Shown here piece after piece: positions 1 to 14,261 of a stretch of 64,000 bases of DNA. This stretch comes from Isurus oxyrinchus (taxonomy: Eukaryota). How positions within the stretch are numbered: the stretch's first letter is position 1; each line of letters opens with the position of its first letter. The notes under the pieces were generated by a model. That model saw nothing but the letters and a program-made list of their open reading frames with translations. It did no database searches and was not told the origin of the DNA. The stretch covers positions 30,070,001 through 30,134,000 of the forward strand of contig JANJGN010000026.1 of the NCBI GenBank assembly GCA_026770705.1. Reading direction: 5' to 3'. A program made the translations under genes and the position numbers.

Positions 1-619
1 GAAAAATATTATGAAATTATTACACTTTCCTAACAATAGGTGTTCCCAAGCTATCATAATGCAAAAAATATATATATTTCTTGGTATTTTTGCCATTGAT
101 CATGTTTAATAAACGTCAGCTGTGCCTCAGTCCATTAATGGTTTGATCTACTGATAGTTCCAAACATTCAACTTTCCCATACAATCGATGGCTTGTAACT
201 GAATGATCTCACTGTATCAATAATCCTCAACCCTTTCACCACTCCTAATCGATTGGTGTTTCACAATCTATTAATGGTCTCCAATTCTGTAACGATTCAA
301 GGCCCAATGAATATTCTTTTGTTTAAGGAAATGAGCTAGTTGGTCCACAAATTATTTGAATTACTGTGAAGGTCTGGCTAACCTACAAACTGGTTGGAAC
401 TTAGAGTACAACTCACACAGTGAAGGAGCTGTTCTGTTGTCAGGTTCAAGATCACACCCACAGTCAGTGCCTGTGCTACCAGCGGAACTCTACGATAGGG
501 CTTGTGGTACCGTTGGAGCCAGCTTCAGTCTGATTTAACTATGTACCTATGTATAAAGTTGAGCCATTGGATGGCTGGATTTATATTTATTTATGTCATA
601 TTCATTCACAAGGGACTTT

Positions 620-952
620 GGTTGTCAGCTGTGGCTCAGTTGGCAGCACTTTCCCCTCTGACATTAAACTGGGGGCCGTCTGCCCTCTCAGGAGATGTGA
701 AAGATTCCATGGTACTATTCCATCTGGAAGTGCTAGGAGTTATCCCCGGTGCCTTAGCATTTATCAGTCAATAAACATTTTAAAATACGCAAAGGCGCAG
801 ATTACCTGGTCATTATCATATTGCGGTTTGTGGGAACTTGCTGTGCTCAAACAGGCTGCGGTGTTTCCTACATTCCAACTGTCAATATACATCCTAAGTG
901 CATTTTAGGTTGTAAAACACTCGGAGACTTCCGGTGATCGTGAAAGGCACTG

Positions 953-998
<46 letters not shown>
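620..998 (+). mobile_element. tRNA-derived SINE remnant ending in (TA)n
   Basis: A-box-like GTGGCTCAGTTGG head, SINE body, (TA)n at 955-998. Confidence 0.65.
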
Positions 999-1004
<6 letters not shown>

Positions 1005-2244
1005 TCCCCCTTTTCCTTTTTAGGAAGTATAGATGCAAAATGAAAAGTGTTGGATTGAGCCAATAAGTCATAGACTTCTAGAATGAACCCGTGCTCCCGG
1101 CTGGGAAGGAGGTCATTTAAAAAAAAACTATCGAATTTATCTCATGCTGTCTCACCAATCCCACCACACATCCTGCAGCCCCTCCCCATACCCCACCCAC
1201 ACCACCACCCGCGCTGTTTCCTCATAGCCCAGAAATTTATGCCCATTGAAGACCATGTCTTCGTTGATAATGGATCAAGCTCTACACTGTTGTCCCACTT
1301 ATATTGCTCTGGAGCATGAGGCCTTTTATATTATGTAAAGCTGTTTTTTAACTTTTATTTCACTACATCATACCCGAGCGTTTGGAAGACATTGGGGTGG
1401 AACTTATGACTGTAATGGGGTAAGAAGGAATAACATGACAACAGAAATAGTGTGAAACTTGCTGGAGAGCAGAAAGTGTTTCATTTCTTTCCAAGCAAGG
1501 GAAATAATAAATCAGGATTTTTAAACTGAGTAAATTTAGGTCAGATATAGATAGTGCCACTTGCAAAACTTACAACACTCTCAACGTTTATGTCAGGAGT
1601 TTCGATTTAATGCTGAGCGAAGCACTTAACACTGAAACGCAGAGGCTGGTGGGTATTTGCTCAACATCCTTGGAATAATTTAGTCCATTTTCCAACAGAA
1701 CTCGAGGAACAGAGGTATTCCTTGGTGAGGGAATGCTCAATATATTCTCAATCAAAGTTAAACACATTAAACGAACAGCAAATTCATTTTCAATAAAATA
1801 AAATCTGGAACATAATAGGTACAATTGGTCATTTATCTTTGAGGACTTCACTTGTCAGTAAATCTGATGCGATCGCTCACACACACACATTTCAGCTTAA
1901 GATCCCATCTTTCCTACCTCGGAGGCTCTGTAGCACCTGAAGAATCGGAGAAAATCACCGCCACCACATTTCAGGTGGTTCCATGAAGAAAAAATCTCTC
2001 CCCACTTCACACCGGTTGAGTTGGCCATTAAAGCTCCTATCATTCCCATAATGTGCACCTTGGTCCACATTCTTCGGTTGAAACAAGATCGTCAAGAATT
2101 AATCAATAGGAATTGAGAAACTTTGCTCTTCTCGTGACCTTAAAGTGCACAAATCAGCAATGTTAATCTGCCACAGTTGCACCATAAGCATTGGGAGTTC
2201 GCTCAGGAGGTAATGAGCCGATACTTCTTGATACATTAAGCTAG

Positions 2245-3490
2245 CATGGATCTGTTAAGGGAAAATCACGTTTAACTAACTTGCTTGAGTTTTTTGTTGA
2301 CATAGCAGCGATGGTTGATGAGGGTAATGCTTTTGATGTGGTTTACATGGTTTCCAAAAGACATTTGATGAAATGCCGCACAACAGACCTGTGAGCAAAG
2401 TTGGATCTCACTGGAATAAAATGGACGGTAACATCATGGATTGGGAACTGGCTGAGTGCCAGGAAACAAGGAGTAGTTTTGAACATTTGTTTTGTGGACT
2501 CAGGGAAGGGTTATAATGAAGTTCCCCAAGGGTCAGTGTTACAACGCCTACTTTTCATAATATTTCTTCATAAACTGGGCCTTGGTGTACAGTGCACAAT
2601 GTCAAAATATACGGACGATGCGAAATGTGGAAGCATTGCGGGCCATGAGGAGGATAGTGTAGAACTTCAAAAAGACATCGAGAGGTTGGTGGAAAGGGCG
2701 GCCAAGTGACAGATGAAATTTTGGTGGGAAGAACGCAGACAGACAGTATAAAGGAAAGGGTGTGATTCCAAAGGGGCTGCAGGAGCCGAGTGACCTGGGT
2801 GTTAATGTGCATAAATCATTGAAGGTGGCAGGACAAGTTGAAAGAGCGCGATTAATAAATCATGCAGCATCCTGAGCTTTATTAACAGAGGAAAAGCGTC
2901 TAAAAGCAAAGAGGTTATGTTAAACGTGTGTGGCGCACTGGTTAGGCCTCAACTGGAGAATTGCATCCAATTCCGGCCACTACATTTTTGGAAGAATTTG
3001 AAGGCATGAGAGAGGGCACAGGAAAGATTCATGGAAATTGTTCCTGGGATGACGAACTCCAGTTATGTATAAAGAGTGGAGCAGTTGGCTTTAATCTCGT
3101 TTAAGGAGAGAAAGTTTAGAGGAGATTTAATACAGGTATTAAAAATCATGAAGGGTCTGTGCAGAGTAGATAGGGAGAAATTGTTCCCATTGGTGGAAGG
3201 ATTGAGAACCACACTGCTCAGGTTTAAAGTAATCCTGAGAAGAAGCAATAGAGACAAGAGGAAAAACATTTCACGCAGTGAGTGGTTAGGATCTGGAATG
3301 CACTGTCTGACAGTCTGGTGGACTGAGCGACAATTGATGCTTTCAAAATGAAACTGGATCCTTATCTGAAAAGAAAAACAGATGCTGGACCACGGGGAAA
3401 GCTGTGGCGCAAGGTCAATTACTCCTTCAGAGGGTTAGCACGGACAGCAGTGGCCGAATGGCATCCTTCTGCGCTGTAAGAATTCTATGA
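2245..3490 (+). mobile_element. CR1-type LINE remnant
   Basis: VPQGSVL, KYTDDAK and RGDLIQVLKIMKG motifs; CR1-like 3' tail TTCTATGATTCTAT. Confidence 0.9.
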
Positions 3491-3659
3491 TTCTATCATT
3501 AATGTCGGAAGCAGCAACGAAAATCAACATTTTCACAACATCTGCAATAGTAACGTCTGTCCAGTAGATGGCAGTGAAACAGTGAATACTGATTATATGA
3601 AACAAACACTGTCTCAATCATTTCTAAACTGAATCCTTTCCCTGTTCATATTAAACTTG

Positions 3660-5265
3660 ACCTTCGACTGTATATATTACACTCAGTGATGTCTCTGATC
3701 ATATTACAACAGGTTATGTCTCAGTTGTTTCTATAGTAGGCCAATCTCATTCAATATACAGGACAAAGACCATGTTACACTATACATTCTCTCAGTTATC
3801 ACTTCACTAAACCATGTCCTGGCTAATATGACAATAACCCATGTCTCAGTTGTTACTGCACTGGTACTTGTCTCTACTTATACGAAACCAGAACATGTTC
3901 CTGTTTACATGACAGGAGGCTGTGTCTCTGTTCTGGCACTACTAGAATCTGCCACATTTATACTAAACTAGGGGATGCCTTGGCTAAAGCTGCACCAGTC
4001 TATGTCTCTGCTTATATCACACGAAGCTCTGTCACTGTTATTATTGTGTAATACCGTGCTTCTCTCTTATTGCTGCACTTGCCCACATCTCTGTTTATAT
4101 TAATCCAGGCCCTGTGTCGGTAGTTATTGCACTAGGCTCTGTCTCAGTTTATATTAGATTTCGTCCTGTACCAGGTGAAACTGCAGTAGACCCCATGTCA
4201 GTTTCCTTTCACTAGATCCTGCCTCAGTTATTACTGAAGTAGACCATGTCGGTGTTCATATTAGACAAGACATTGTCTCAATTATTACTGCACTCAGCAC
4301 AGCCTCACTTTTTACTCCACTGCATCATGCCTCTGTTTATATTATCCTAAATCACTTTTTTGCTTATATTCTGTTAGACCCTATCTCAGTATATATAGCA
4401 CTTGACCCTGTCTCAGTTTATATTACATTAGACCCCGTCTCAGATAATATTACACTGGAGCCCATCTCGGTTTATATTACACTAGAGCACGTCTTTGTTT
4501 TCATTACACTAGACCCTGTCTCAGTTTATATTACCCTAGACCCTGTCTCAGTTTATATTACACGAGACCTTGACTCTGTTTATATTACACTAGACATTGC
4601 CTCTATTTATATGAAAATAAGCCCTGTCAATGTTATTTCTGTGTAGACCATGTCTCTGTTTGTACTACACAAAGCCAAGTCTGTTATTACTGCACTAAAT
4701 CCTGCTAACTAGGCCCAGCCTTCTTTTGTATTACTGTAGATGCTGCATCAATAATTGGTGCACTCGGCCCTGTCTCAGCATTCCTGCCCCAGACCTTGAC
4801 TTTGTTTATATTGAAATTGATTATGTCTATAATAATATGACACCAGTTCCTGCCTCAGTTATTTCAGTGCTCGGCCTCCTCTCAGCTGTCCCTGAATTCG
4901 GCCATGGCTCTGGTTGTATTACATGTGGAAAACCCTTAGTTATTGCTGCTCTGGGCCCAGTGTCTGTATATACAATGCTAAACCCTGTCTTAGTTGCAGC
5001 TGAACTTGTCCATACAACTCATTTTATTACACTCGCCCTGTCCCTGTTTTATTCCACTAGATCATGTTTTGTGTGTCTTACACTATAGGCAATCTGAGTT
5101 ATAATTGCACCAGACCCTGTCTAGGGTGTTATTAATCTATGTGCCGGATCGATCATTACTGTTCTAGCCCCAAGAGAGGATTAATATCAATTGACCCAGT
5201 GCTTAGTGCACTAAACCTGCCTCAGTTCTTGGCCATGTCTCTGTGATTCCTGCAGTGGTCAATGT
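3660..5265 (-). repeat. 27-bp satellite array in opposite orientation
   Basis: AGACCCTGTCTCAGTTTATATTACACT units, cleanest at 4400-4600; reverse complement of the main array. Confidence 0.85.
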
Positions 5266-6499
5266 CTCCAACTGTGAGTTGGAGAGATAATATTATACAC
5301 AGAGATGTTGAGGTGGGAATTGTTCTCTGGCGTTGGCCTAAAACCGGTGGTATTGGATGGCCCATTCTTTGCAGCACCTGATAGTTATTTTCATTTAGTT
5401 TTAGTCAAAGAAATTATAGATCAGATATGGTCAGTTATCCGTGCTGTATAGAAAAAAAATCATGCTTCTTGCTTATACCGCCATTTCTCAAAGATAAATG
5501 ATGAACTTTACCCAAATGTTTCAAAATTAATTTTCTTTTACTCAAGCTGTCACTGTGGATGATTTAGTGCTGTAAATATTTATTGATTTCATGTTTCGTT
5601 GTGTACTTTTGCTTAGAAAGTGATTTATTACTGACACTTTCATCACTAAGACGAGCATATTTATCACCAAACTCATTGAATGTCTTCTCTCTCTCTGCCT
5701 GAGGCAGCGTCTAACTCACTGAACCTCTTCCCTCTCTCTCTCTCAATCTTTCTTTCTTTCTATCTCGCTCTCTCTCCACCCACCATCTAACACCCGCCCC
5801 CACCACCCCAACCACCGCCCACACACACCCACCACCACCCCCCCCACCTCCCCACACACTGCTCTCTCTCTCTATCTCTGAGACAGTCCCTTATTCATTT
5901 CGAATCTCCTGATATCTACTAACACTCTTTGGAGAATTTTTTTCGCAATTTTTCTTCATTTCTCCCAGTGACAACTTTCAGTCCATTCCCGCCTTCAGTG
6001 ATTGTGTTCAAATCCTAAACTATGCATTTATTTAAATTGTAGATTGTTGAATACTGTAAGTATTTATTGATAACCAGTCTGTTGTGTGCATTTGTTTATA
6101 AAGTGATCTCAGACTAACGATTTCATTTCTAAGGTGCTTCATCTGCCTCCGGTGATCAGTTGGAAAGTGGAGTAAATCACATCCAGACGAACCAGCAGTT
6201 TATTAACACATAATCACCTCAATATCTCACAGAAGCTCCTGATAATCTCGAATGTGTGATGATTTGTACAAGTAATGGCAAAAATCAAACTTTACCTACA
6301 CCTCACATGAGATTAATACACCTGTAATTCTCCAGTTTATTATTCCAGTTGATGGGAAGGATTGAAACTCCTGCTGCTCTCCAGAGACATTCAGTATTTC
6401 TGTTTCCACTTTTTTAACTGTTATCTTCACAAATTCCACCACAACCACTCGAATCATGTTTGGACGGATTGGTTTAATTGCAGGTTGTATATTCAATGT

Positions 6500-7580
6500 A
6501 ATCTTAACGAAAATAAACCAGGGCCTAGTCGAGTATAAACAGAGACTGAACTTGATGTAACATAAGCAGAGATATGGGTTACTGCATGAATAACAGAGAC
6601 AGTATCTGGTTTAATATAAAAGGAGATATCGACTAATGAATTAACAACAGAGACAAGACCTGGTGTTATATAATCAAGGATATGGGCTCGTGCAGTAATA
6701 TCAGACACCGGACCTGGTGTAACATAAGCAGTGATATGGACTACTGCATTAATAACAGAGACAGTATCTAGTTTAATCTAAAAGTAATAAAAGAGACAAG
6801 GCCTGGTGTTATATAACCAGGGATATGGGCCCGTGCAGTAATATCAGAGACAGGACCTGGTGTAATATAAACATAGGTATCGGCTAGTGTAAGTAATAAT
6901 AGGCACAATACCTAGTGTAGTACAGACAGAGGCATGTGCTAGTGCAGTGATAACACAAATTGACCCAAGGAGTCAAATAAACAGAGAAATTGGCTAGTTC
7001 AGGAATAAGAGAGAGGGAGGACTTGGTATAACATTGAATGAACCGATATTTGTGTGATCATAATAAGAAAAATACTTTGTATAAAATAACAACTGAAAGA
7101 GGTCATGGCAAAACACGAGCAGAAACAGGGTCAACGTTAACAATATCAGAATCAGGTTACTATTGAAAACTGATCGGCACAAGGTTTTCAGAAATAATGA
7201 GAGAGGTTTGCAATAGAATTGAATGACATGTAGGCTCCTCGTGAAACCAATACAGAGACCGCGCTTTATACAATGAGATTGGATATGGGGAACAGATTAA
7301 AAACGGTAAAGCTCTGTGCAATTAGTGTAATGTTTGATGATAACAGAGGATAGCAGGTTGCAGTGTATCACTGAATACATCACTGGGTCCAGTGTGCTAA
7401 TGACACAGTCAGCACCTGATCCACCAAAATCGAAGTTGGGTCTGATATAATAGTGTGTGTGAGACAGCGCCAATTGATACAATAGCAAATCTTTTGCCTA
7501 ATGCCCAATAACAGAGTCAAGCACCACTGCAATATGAATGGGATGGAGTTGGTGTAATAACACTGACAAAGTCTAGTGTA
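6500..7580 (+). repeat. Degenerate 27-bp satellite
   Basis: TATAAACAGAGAC...GGCCTAGTG-type units. Confidence 0.7.
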
Positions 7581-10500
7581 ATAGCAAATGCAACATAACA
7601 TTCTGGAATCACTCTGCAGGTCAGACAGAATCTGTGGCGATAAACAGATTGAACGTTTCATGGCGATAATCTTTCAACAGAACCGGAGTCATCGATTAGA
7701 AACTTTAACTCTACTTCTCTCCACAGCCACTGCACTCGCGAGTGGTACAGTTGGCGGTCCTCCTGCTTTTGAGCTGTAAGATCTATGTCAGATTCCACTC
7801 CCGGCTCCGTTGACCACGGGAAGAGTGTTCGTGTGACAGACGCCGGTTTTTAATCAGCCTCCAAAATCCCCCCGCCTCTCCACACTTTCCCCAAGGCTGC
7901 AAAGTATAAGACGGAAAACAAACAGACTCGACACCTGCTGTCTGACCTGTTGAGGATTTCCAGCACATTTGGTTTTTATTTTAGATTTCTAGCATCTGCC
8001 ATATGTCGCCGTTGTACTAATGCAATGGGAACTGACATTGTGTCAGAATTGACGAATTAGCATCACTTTTACCACTGGGTCAAACGGTTGTGGGTTGAAG
8101 CCTCAATCCAGAGAGTTGACCATTTAATAACAGCCAGTGCTCACAGTGATAGTTTATATGTCAGCCTTTCTGTTCTTTTATCCATTATTTTCTTAGACTC
8201 AGGAGGAGGAATTAAAGACAGAGAAACTCTGGACAGTTCCTCTATCCAGCAAAGGACGGGTTCCTGAGACATTGTTGCTGCTTTGACCTTCCCGCCTCTC
8301 CAAAAAAAAACAAAGAACTTCTGACTCTTTGGATTTGCAAAGGGAATTCTGACTGCCGGGTCCGGGCCAGGACTGAGTCCTGGTCCAATAATAATCGCAG
8401 AGGCCGGCTCCAGTGTGTCAGTAACAAAGGCTGCTGGTAATTTGACATAAAGAGAGGCAGGGGATCTCATAAACATCTGACTGTAATAGGGTGTGAAAGT
8501 GTGGGAAGCAATGATGTTTAGGGCCTTAGCGCAGGCTTCTGTGTTATGGTGAGTGACCCAGGGATTTGTGCGGTAAAAACGGAGCGGAAACATCATGACA
8601 GAGGCCCGGGAGACTGACTCCACCTGACTAAGAGATATTATACCCAAGGGGAGGACCATCAAGGCGGACTCCAGAGATTTCTGATATCTGAAGGATCAAT
8701 GCTGCATCTGTCAGAGGAACAGAAAATAATCTGTTCCCTCTCATTCTTACCAACAGTTCTCCGTTTAAACAGACACGCAAGGGCCAAACACGCCAATGTT
8801 TAAATCTTCAGCGTGCGGCACATGATGACTGAAAGGATTAAACACCAAAACCTCACCAGAGGAAGAATCAGAGCCTAAAATGTTAAAGATAATCGTGTTT
8901 TCTACTAAACAAGCACTACTCAGTGTTATTATTTTGTTCAAAGAAGTGGTTTGTAAATACTAGTGAACTTCTGAATGATTCTTGGCAATTATCGACTCAC
9001 ACGCACTCAAGCGCTGTCAAAAGACAGGGTTAGCAGAAGACGAAAGCTAGAAAATTATTGCATTTTATTTGGGCTCAATGAGGGACCGAGGTAGATACAG
9101 GAAAGGTGCTGGGACAGTGATATAGATGAGCATTTCAATTGGTCCCATTCCCTGTAATCCTTCAAATGTTAACCCCTTTAATTATTTATAGAAGTCATTT
9201 TACAAAGTTACTATTAGTCTGGTGCCATCACTCTTTCAAGCTGTGCATTCCAGTTCAGAACAACTCGCCGTGTTCAAAAAATAAACAATTATCCTCCTGT
9301 CTTCCTGTTCAACAAGTAAATTTGCGTCCCCTGGTTACCGACCCTCCTAGCAGTTGAAATAATCTCTCTTTATTCACAGTAACAAACCTTTCATGATTTT
9401 GAACGCTTCTAATTAATCGACACACAGGGAGGTGGAGAGAGATACACAGAGAAAGAGACAGAAATAAAACTAAGGGAAGGAAACTTAAAATGAAAAAAGG
9501 AGACGGAATGTTGCAGAGAAACAGAGGAAACAAGTTTCGAGGGAAAGTGTATGTGTAGGGAGCGTGTGCGCGTGGCGGGTGGGGGAGAGGGGGGGTTGGT
9601 GGGGTGTGGAGGGGGAGTTAGAGTGGGGGCGGGTGGTGGAGCATAACAACGAAAAATGAAAGATATCAATACCTCATTTCCCCGTTTCAGAGACTCGAGG
9701 GAGCTCAGTGATTGACCATCCAGTGATGTCCTGGAAATGGAAGCTCGAAACAGATCACACGGTCTCATTTGTAAATGTCACCGCAATGTGATCTGTGTGA
9801 CTCTGCCCTGACTCTGTGGCCAGAAATAGGCCGCCTTGACAGATGTTCTCACCAGATTGTGGCCCTGGATTTATTTTCTGCTCAAAAGTGAGATGTGCGG
9901 TTAGGAACCGGCAGCAGAGAAACAGGAAGCTGTGTTACCTGAGAATGAAAACAGCAGGCGTCAGTTTCATGTTATCACCATGAACAGTCTTCCTGCCTGT
10001 GAGGGTGAACTCACTCTGACAGCATCAAGAACAACCACAGAGATTGCTGCCGGTCTCAGCATAACATTCAACTCTATTCCAAATTTAAAGAATTAAATAA
10101 ATTAGGTTATTTTGGTTGTAACATATTAACTGAAGGCGAGATTGACTGAATGTTATCACTGGGAGAAAAGAGGGGAAATTAAAACAATAATACCGCTCAC
10201 AGGGGGTTATTCTAAAATGGAAAGTTTTAAGAGGGTTTGGTGCTGCCTCAGAGAAAGAGAGGAGAGAAGTTAAGTGAGTGAGCTGATGTCTTTATGGCAC
10301 TGAATTTTCCTCTGATGAGATTTTGGCGCTTAATTTTTTCAGTGATAATGTGCCTTAAGCAAAAGATTTAAACATTGGTTCCTCGAAGCTGCCAGATCCA
10401 GCCTTTGTGAGTCTGTGTAAGTGATTAAAGTGAAGTCTGAGAGAGAGAAGAGAGAAGAGAGTTTAACTGATTTAGGTATAGTCTGAGACAGAGGAAGAGA

Positions 10501-11489
10501 GGGAAGAGGTTCAGTGAGTCATTTTAGAGATGTATTTTCCTTGACAATGGAATGGCCAGCTTGACATTACTTTCCAGAGCACTCAAGACAATGCATTACC
10601 GATAAATATTAACGGCAGCATAGGCAGCCTATAGATATATTCTCAATAAACTATTGTAACGTGTTGAAAAATAATTATAATGTCTTTTGAAAGCAATGAA
10701 GCATGATATGTTCTAGACGTACCCACACCATACACACAGCCACACAGCCACACACACGCACAGGCACAAGCACACACTCAGCCACGCAGACACACAAACA
10801 GTAACACACACACACACATACACATTCGCAGACACACACAGACACACACACACACACACACACACACCTTTCACACACAGGAACATTGGTTATTAGGAGC
10901 CTGCGGCCGCCCATTCGCCTGAGGATGCGGCTTCAGACCCTGTCTGTCGCAATCAGTGACCACGCCAAAAGCAAACAGAAATTCCTGTTGAAAGAGGGAA
11001 AAATCTCTGGAAATTATAGAAACCTGTGAGCAATTGTCATAAATAAAGTCAAGTATGAATCAGTCATCTCCAACACAATGCAGTTTGTGACTACGTTGTG
11101 CAGTGTGCAATGCAATGTGGTTCACCTTTATTTCTATTCCTCAATCTCATTGATGAAGGGAATTTTACAAGATTCACCCCAAACTTTCAACACAAACATT
11201 ACACACATCACACTAGAGCAACTAGAAATTGCACACAACGTCTAATAGTTATTAACAAGACTAAATGTATTCTTCCAACACATTTTTACCTACAGGATAT
11301 TATAACATTTAAAAAATTAATGTCCCCCTGGCTCTCTCTCCAGCTCTGTCCAGTTAGTAGAGACCTTTTATAGTGCAGTAATAACTGAGACTTGGTCTAG
11401 GGTATTAATAAATGGGATAGGGCCTTTATAATATAAGGTGAGACATAGAAGAGTACAGTGATGAATGAAGCAGCCTAAAACATAATATC

Positions 11490-12640
11490 ACAGAATCATA
11501 GAATCACAGAACTTTAACGGTACAGAAGGAGGCCATTCGGCCCAACTTGTCTGCATCGGCTCTCCAAATGGGCATTCTGACCTAGTGCCATTTCCCTGGC
11601 TTTTCCCCGCACCCTGGCACTTTGTTTCTATTCAAATAATCATTTAATGCCCTCTTGAATGCCTCAGTTGAACCTGCTTCCCTCACACTTCCAGGCAGTG
11701 CATTCCAGGCCGAACCACTCGTTGTGTGAAAAAGTAAGTTCTCACGTCACATTTGCTTCTTTTGCAAATCACTTTAAACCTGTGCCCTCTCATTCTTTAT
11801 CCTTTTACGAATGGGAACAGTTTCTTCCACTCTACTCTATCCAGCCCACTCATGATTTTGAAAACTTCAATCAAATCTCCTCTCAGCCTTCTCCTCTCCA
11901 TGGAACACAATCCCAACTTCTCCAATCTCCCCTCATAACTGAAGTTTCTCATCCCTGGGAACATTCTTCTAAACCACTTCAGCACTCTCTCCAATATATC
12001 CACATCCTTCCTATAATATGGTACAAAGGATGGTACACAATATTCCAGCTGAGATCTAATGAGGGCCTTATATAAATTCAGCATAACCTCCCTGCTCTTG
12101 TACTCTATGCCCCTATTAATAGAGCGCAGGATACTATATGCTTTATTAACTGCTCTCTCCACCTGTCCTGCCACTTTCAATAATCTATGCATATCTACTG
12201 CAAGTCTATCAGCTCCTGCACTCCTTTCAAAACTCCACCCCTTATTTATTTTGCCTGTCCATGTTCCTCTTACCAAAATGCATCATGTCACACTTCTCCA
12301 CATTGAATTTCATCTGCCACCTATCTGCCCACTCCACCAACTTGTCTATGTTCTCTTGAAGTTCCACACCATTCCCCTGGCAGTTTGCAACACTCCCAAG
12401 CTTCGTATCATCCACAAATTTTCAAATTGTCCCCTGCACACCAATGCCTAGATGGTTAATATATATCAGGAAAAGCAAGGGTCCCAATACCAACCCCTGG
12501 GGAACTGCACTACAAACCTTCCTCCAGCCCGAAAAGCACTAATTGACCATTACTCCCTGCTTCCTTTTTTTTCAGTTAATTTTGTATCCACATTGTTTCT
12601 GTCCCTTTTATTCCATGAGCTATAACTTTTCTCACAATTT
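11490..12640 (-). mobile_element. CR1-type LINE remnant
   Basis: Minus ORF ...YKALIRSQLEYCV...RRLRGDLIEVFKIM; CATAGAATCACAG tail. Confidence 0.9.
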
Positions 12641-12929
12641 GTTTGTCAGATAAATCCTAATAAAATACAAACGGAAGCTTTGTGCAATGCAACAGCAGCT
12701 TAGAAATTGTCACTTGCAGTATATATAGAGGCATGGCTATCTGCATTAATAAATGAAGCATCATATAATGTAATAGAGATAGAGACATAGTCTAGTGCAG
12801 TAATAACCAAAAAAAGGTCAATTGTAGTGTATATAGAAACATGGTCCAGTGCATTAATAAGTTAAACTGCAGATAGCATTATATACACTGATACAATTCT
12901 GAGAGAAAGATAAAAGGAGAAATGGTAAG

Positions 12930-13590
12930 TAATTGGGAAAACTAATAGAATGTTATAATTTATTGCAAGAGGAATTAAATACAAATGTATGGAAGTTATG
13001 CTTCAGTTATACCGGGCACCAGTGAGATCATGTTTCATTTACTGTGCTCTGTATTGGTCACCTTATTTAAGGAAGGATGTAAATGTGTTGTAAGAGGTTC
13101 AGAGAAGGTTTATTAAACTAATACTTGGAATGGGTGGGTTGCCTAATGAGGAATGGTTGGACAAGCTAGGCTTATGTCTTCTGGGGTTTAGAAGAGTAAG
13201 AGGTGACTTGACTGAAATATATAAGATCCTGAGGGGTCTTGACAGGGTGGATGTGGAGAGGATGTTTCCTCTTATGGGAGAATCTGGAACTAGGGGTCAC
13301 TGTTTAAAAATAAGGTGTCGGCCATGTAAAACAGAGATGAGGCAAATATTTTCACTCTCAGGGTTGTGAGTCTTTGGGACTCTCTCCCTAAAAAGGCAGT
13401 GGAAGCAGAGCCTTGAGGCAGAGGTGGATAGATTCTTGCTAAGCAAGTGGGTGATAAGTTATCGGGGGTCGACAGGATGCAGATTTCATGTTACTATCAG
13501 TTCAGCCATGATATTATTAAATGGTGGAGCAAGCTCGAGGGGCTGAATGGCCTACTCATGCTCATTGTTCGTATGCTCGTGTGATCGTAT
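12930..13590 (+). mobile_element. CR1-type LINE 3' remnant
   Basis: RRVRGDLTEIYKILRGLDRVDVERMFPL. Confidence 0.88.
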
Positions 13591-13599
13591 GGTCCGGGA

Positions 13600-14261
13600 C
13601 AGTCATCAGTGAGACAAGTTCAGCAGGTCAAGGGCAGTGATAACTGAAGCATGGTTCAGTGTAAAACAACAAAACACAATTTGCAGTGAAATATAAATTA
13701 AAACATGGTTGTACTACAGTGCGAACTGGAAAAGGGTTAATTGGAGTGTCCACAGAAGCACGGCCTAATGTAGTAATAACTGGCGCATGATATGCATGAT
13801 ATAAACAGCAGCAGCGTCAGGTGCAGTGATAACGGGGAAAGGACCAATTGCAACACAAGTAGAGATATGGACGGCTACAATAATAAACAAGATAAGGCCC
13901 ATTGTACTGTAAACAGTGACGTTCACCTGTACAACAATAACCTAAGCAAAGTGTAATCTAGTGTTTACAGTTACAAATGAGGGTGTGAAATAAATTGAAC
14001 AGGGGATGTATAGGAATTATTAAAACAGGGCCTTGATTGACATAAGCTGAGGCAGGGTCTAGTGCAGTGATTCCTGATACAGGGCCTGGATTATTATAGG
14101 CTGAGACAGGGCTTAGTGCAGTGATTACTGATACAGGGTTTAGATTGATATAAATTGAGACAGGGTCTAGTGAAGTAATTACTTATACAGGGCCGAGGTT
14201 AATGTCAACGGAGGAAGGGTCCATTGCAGTAATTACTGATACAGGATCAAGGTTGATATAA
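13600..14261 (+). repeat. Degenerate flank of the same 27/54-bp satellite
   Basis: Same motif, more degenerate leftwards. Confidence 0.75.

Noticed and set aside
1500-1730. V-domain-like FKL...DSAT motif and a micro-exon
   Set aside because: Too little supporting sequence; no Cys/Trp framework recovered.
9790-10080. Decayed Cmu4-like exon (AALTDVLTRLWP...VLPENENS)
   Set aside because: Resemblance is loose, and nucleotide matches to 41.4-41.7 kb explain the segment better.
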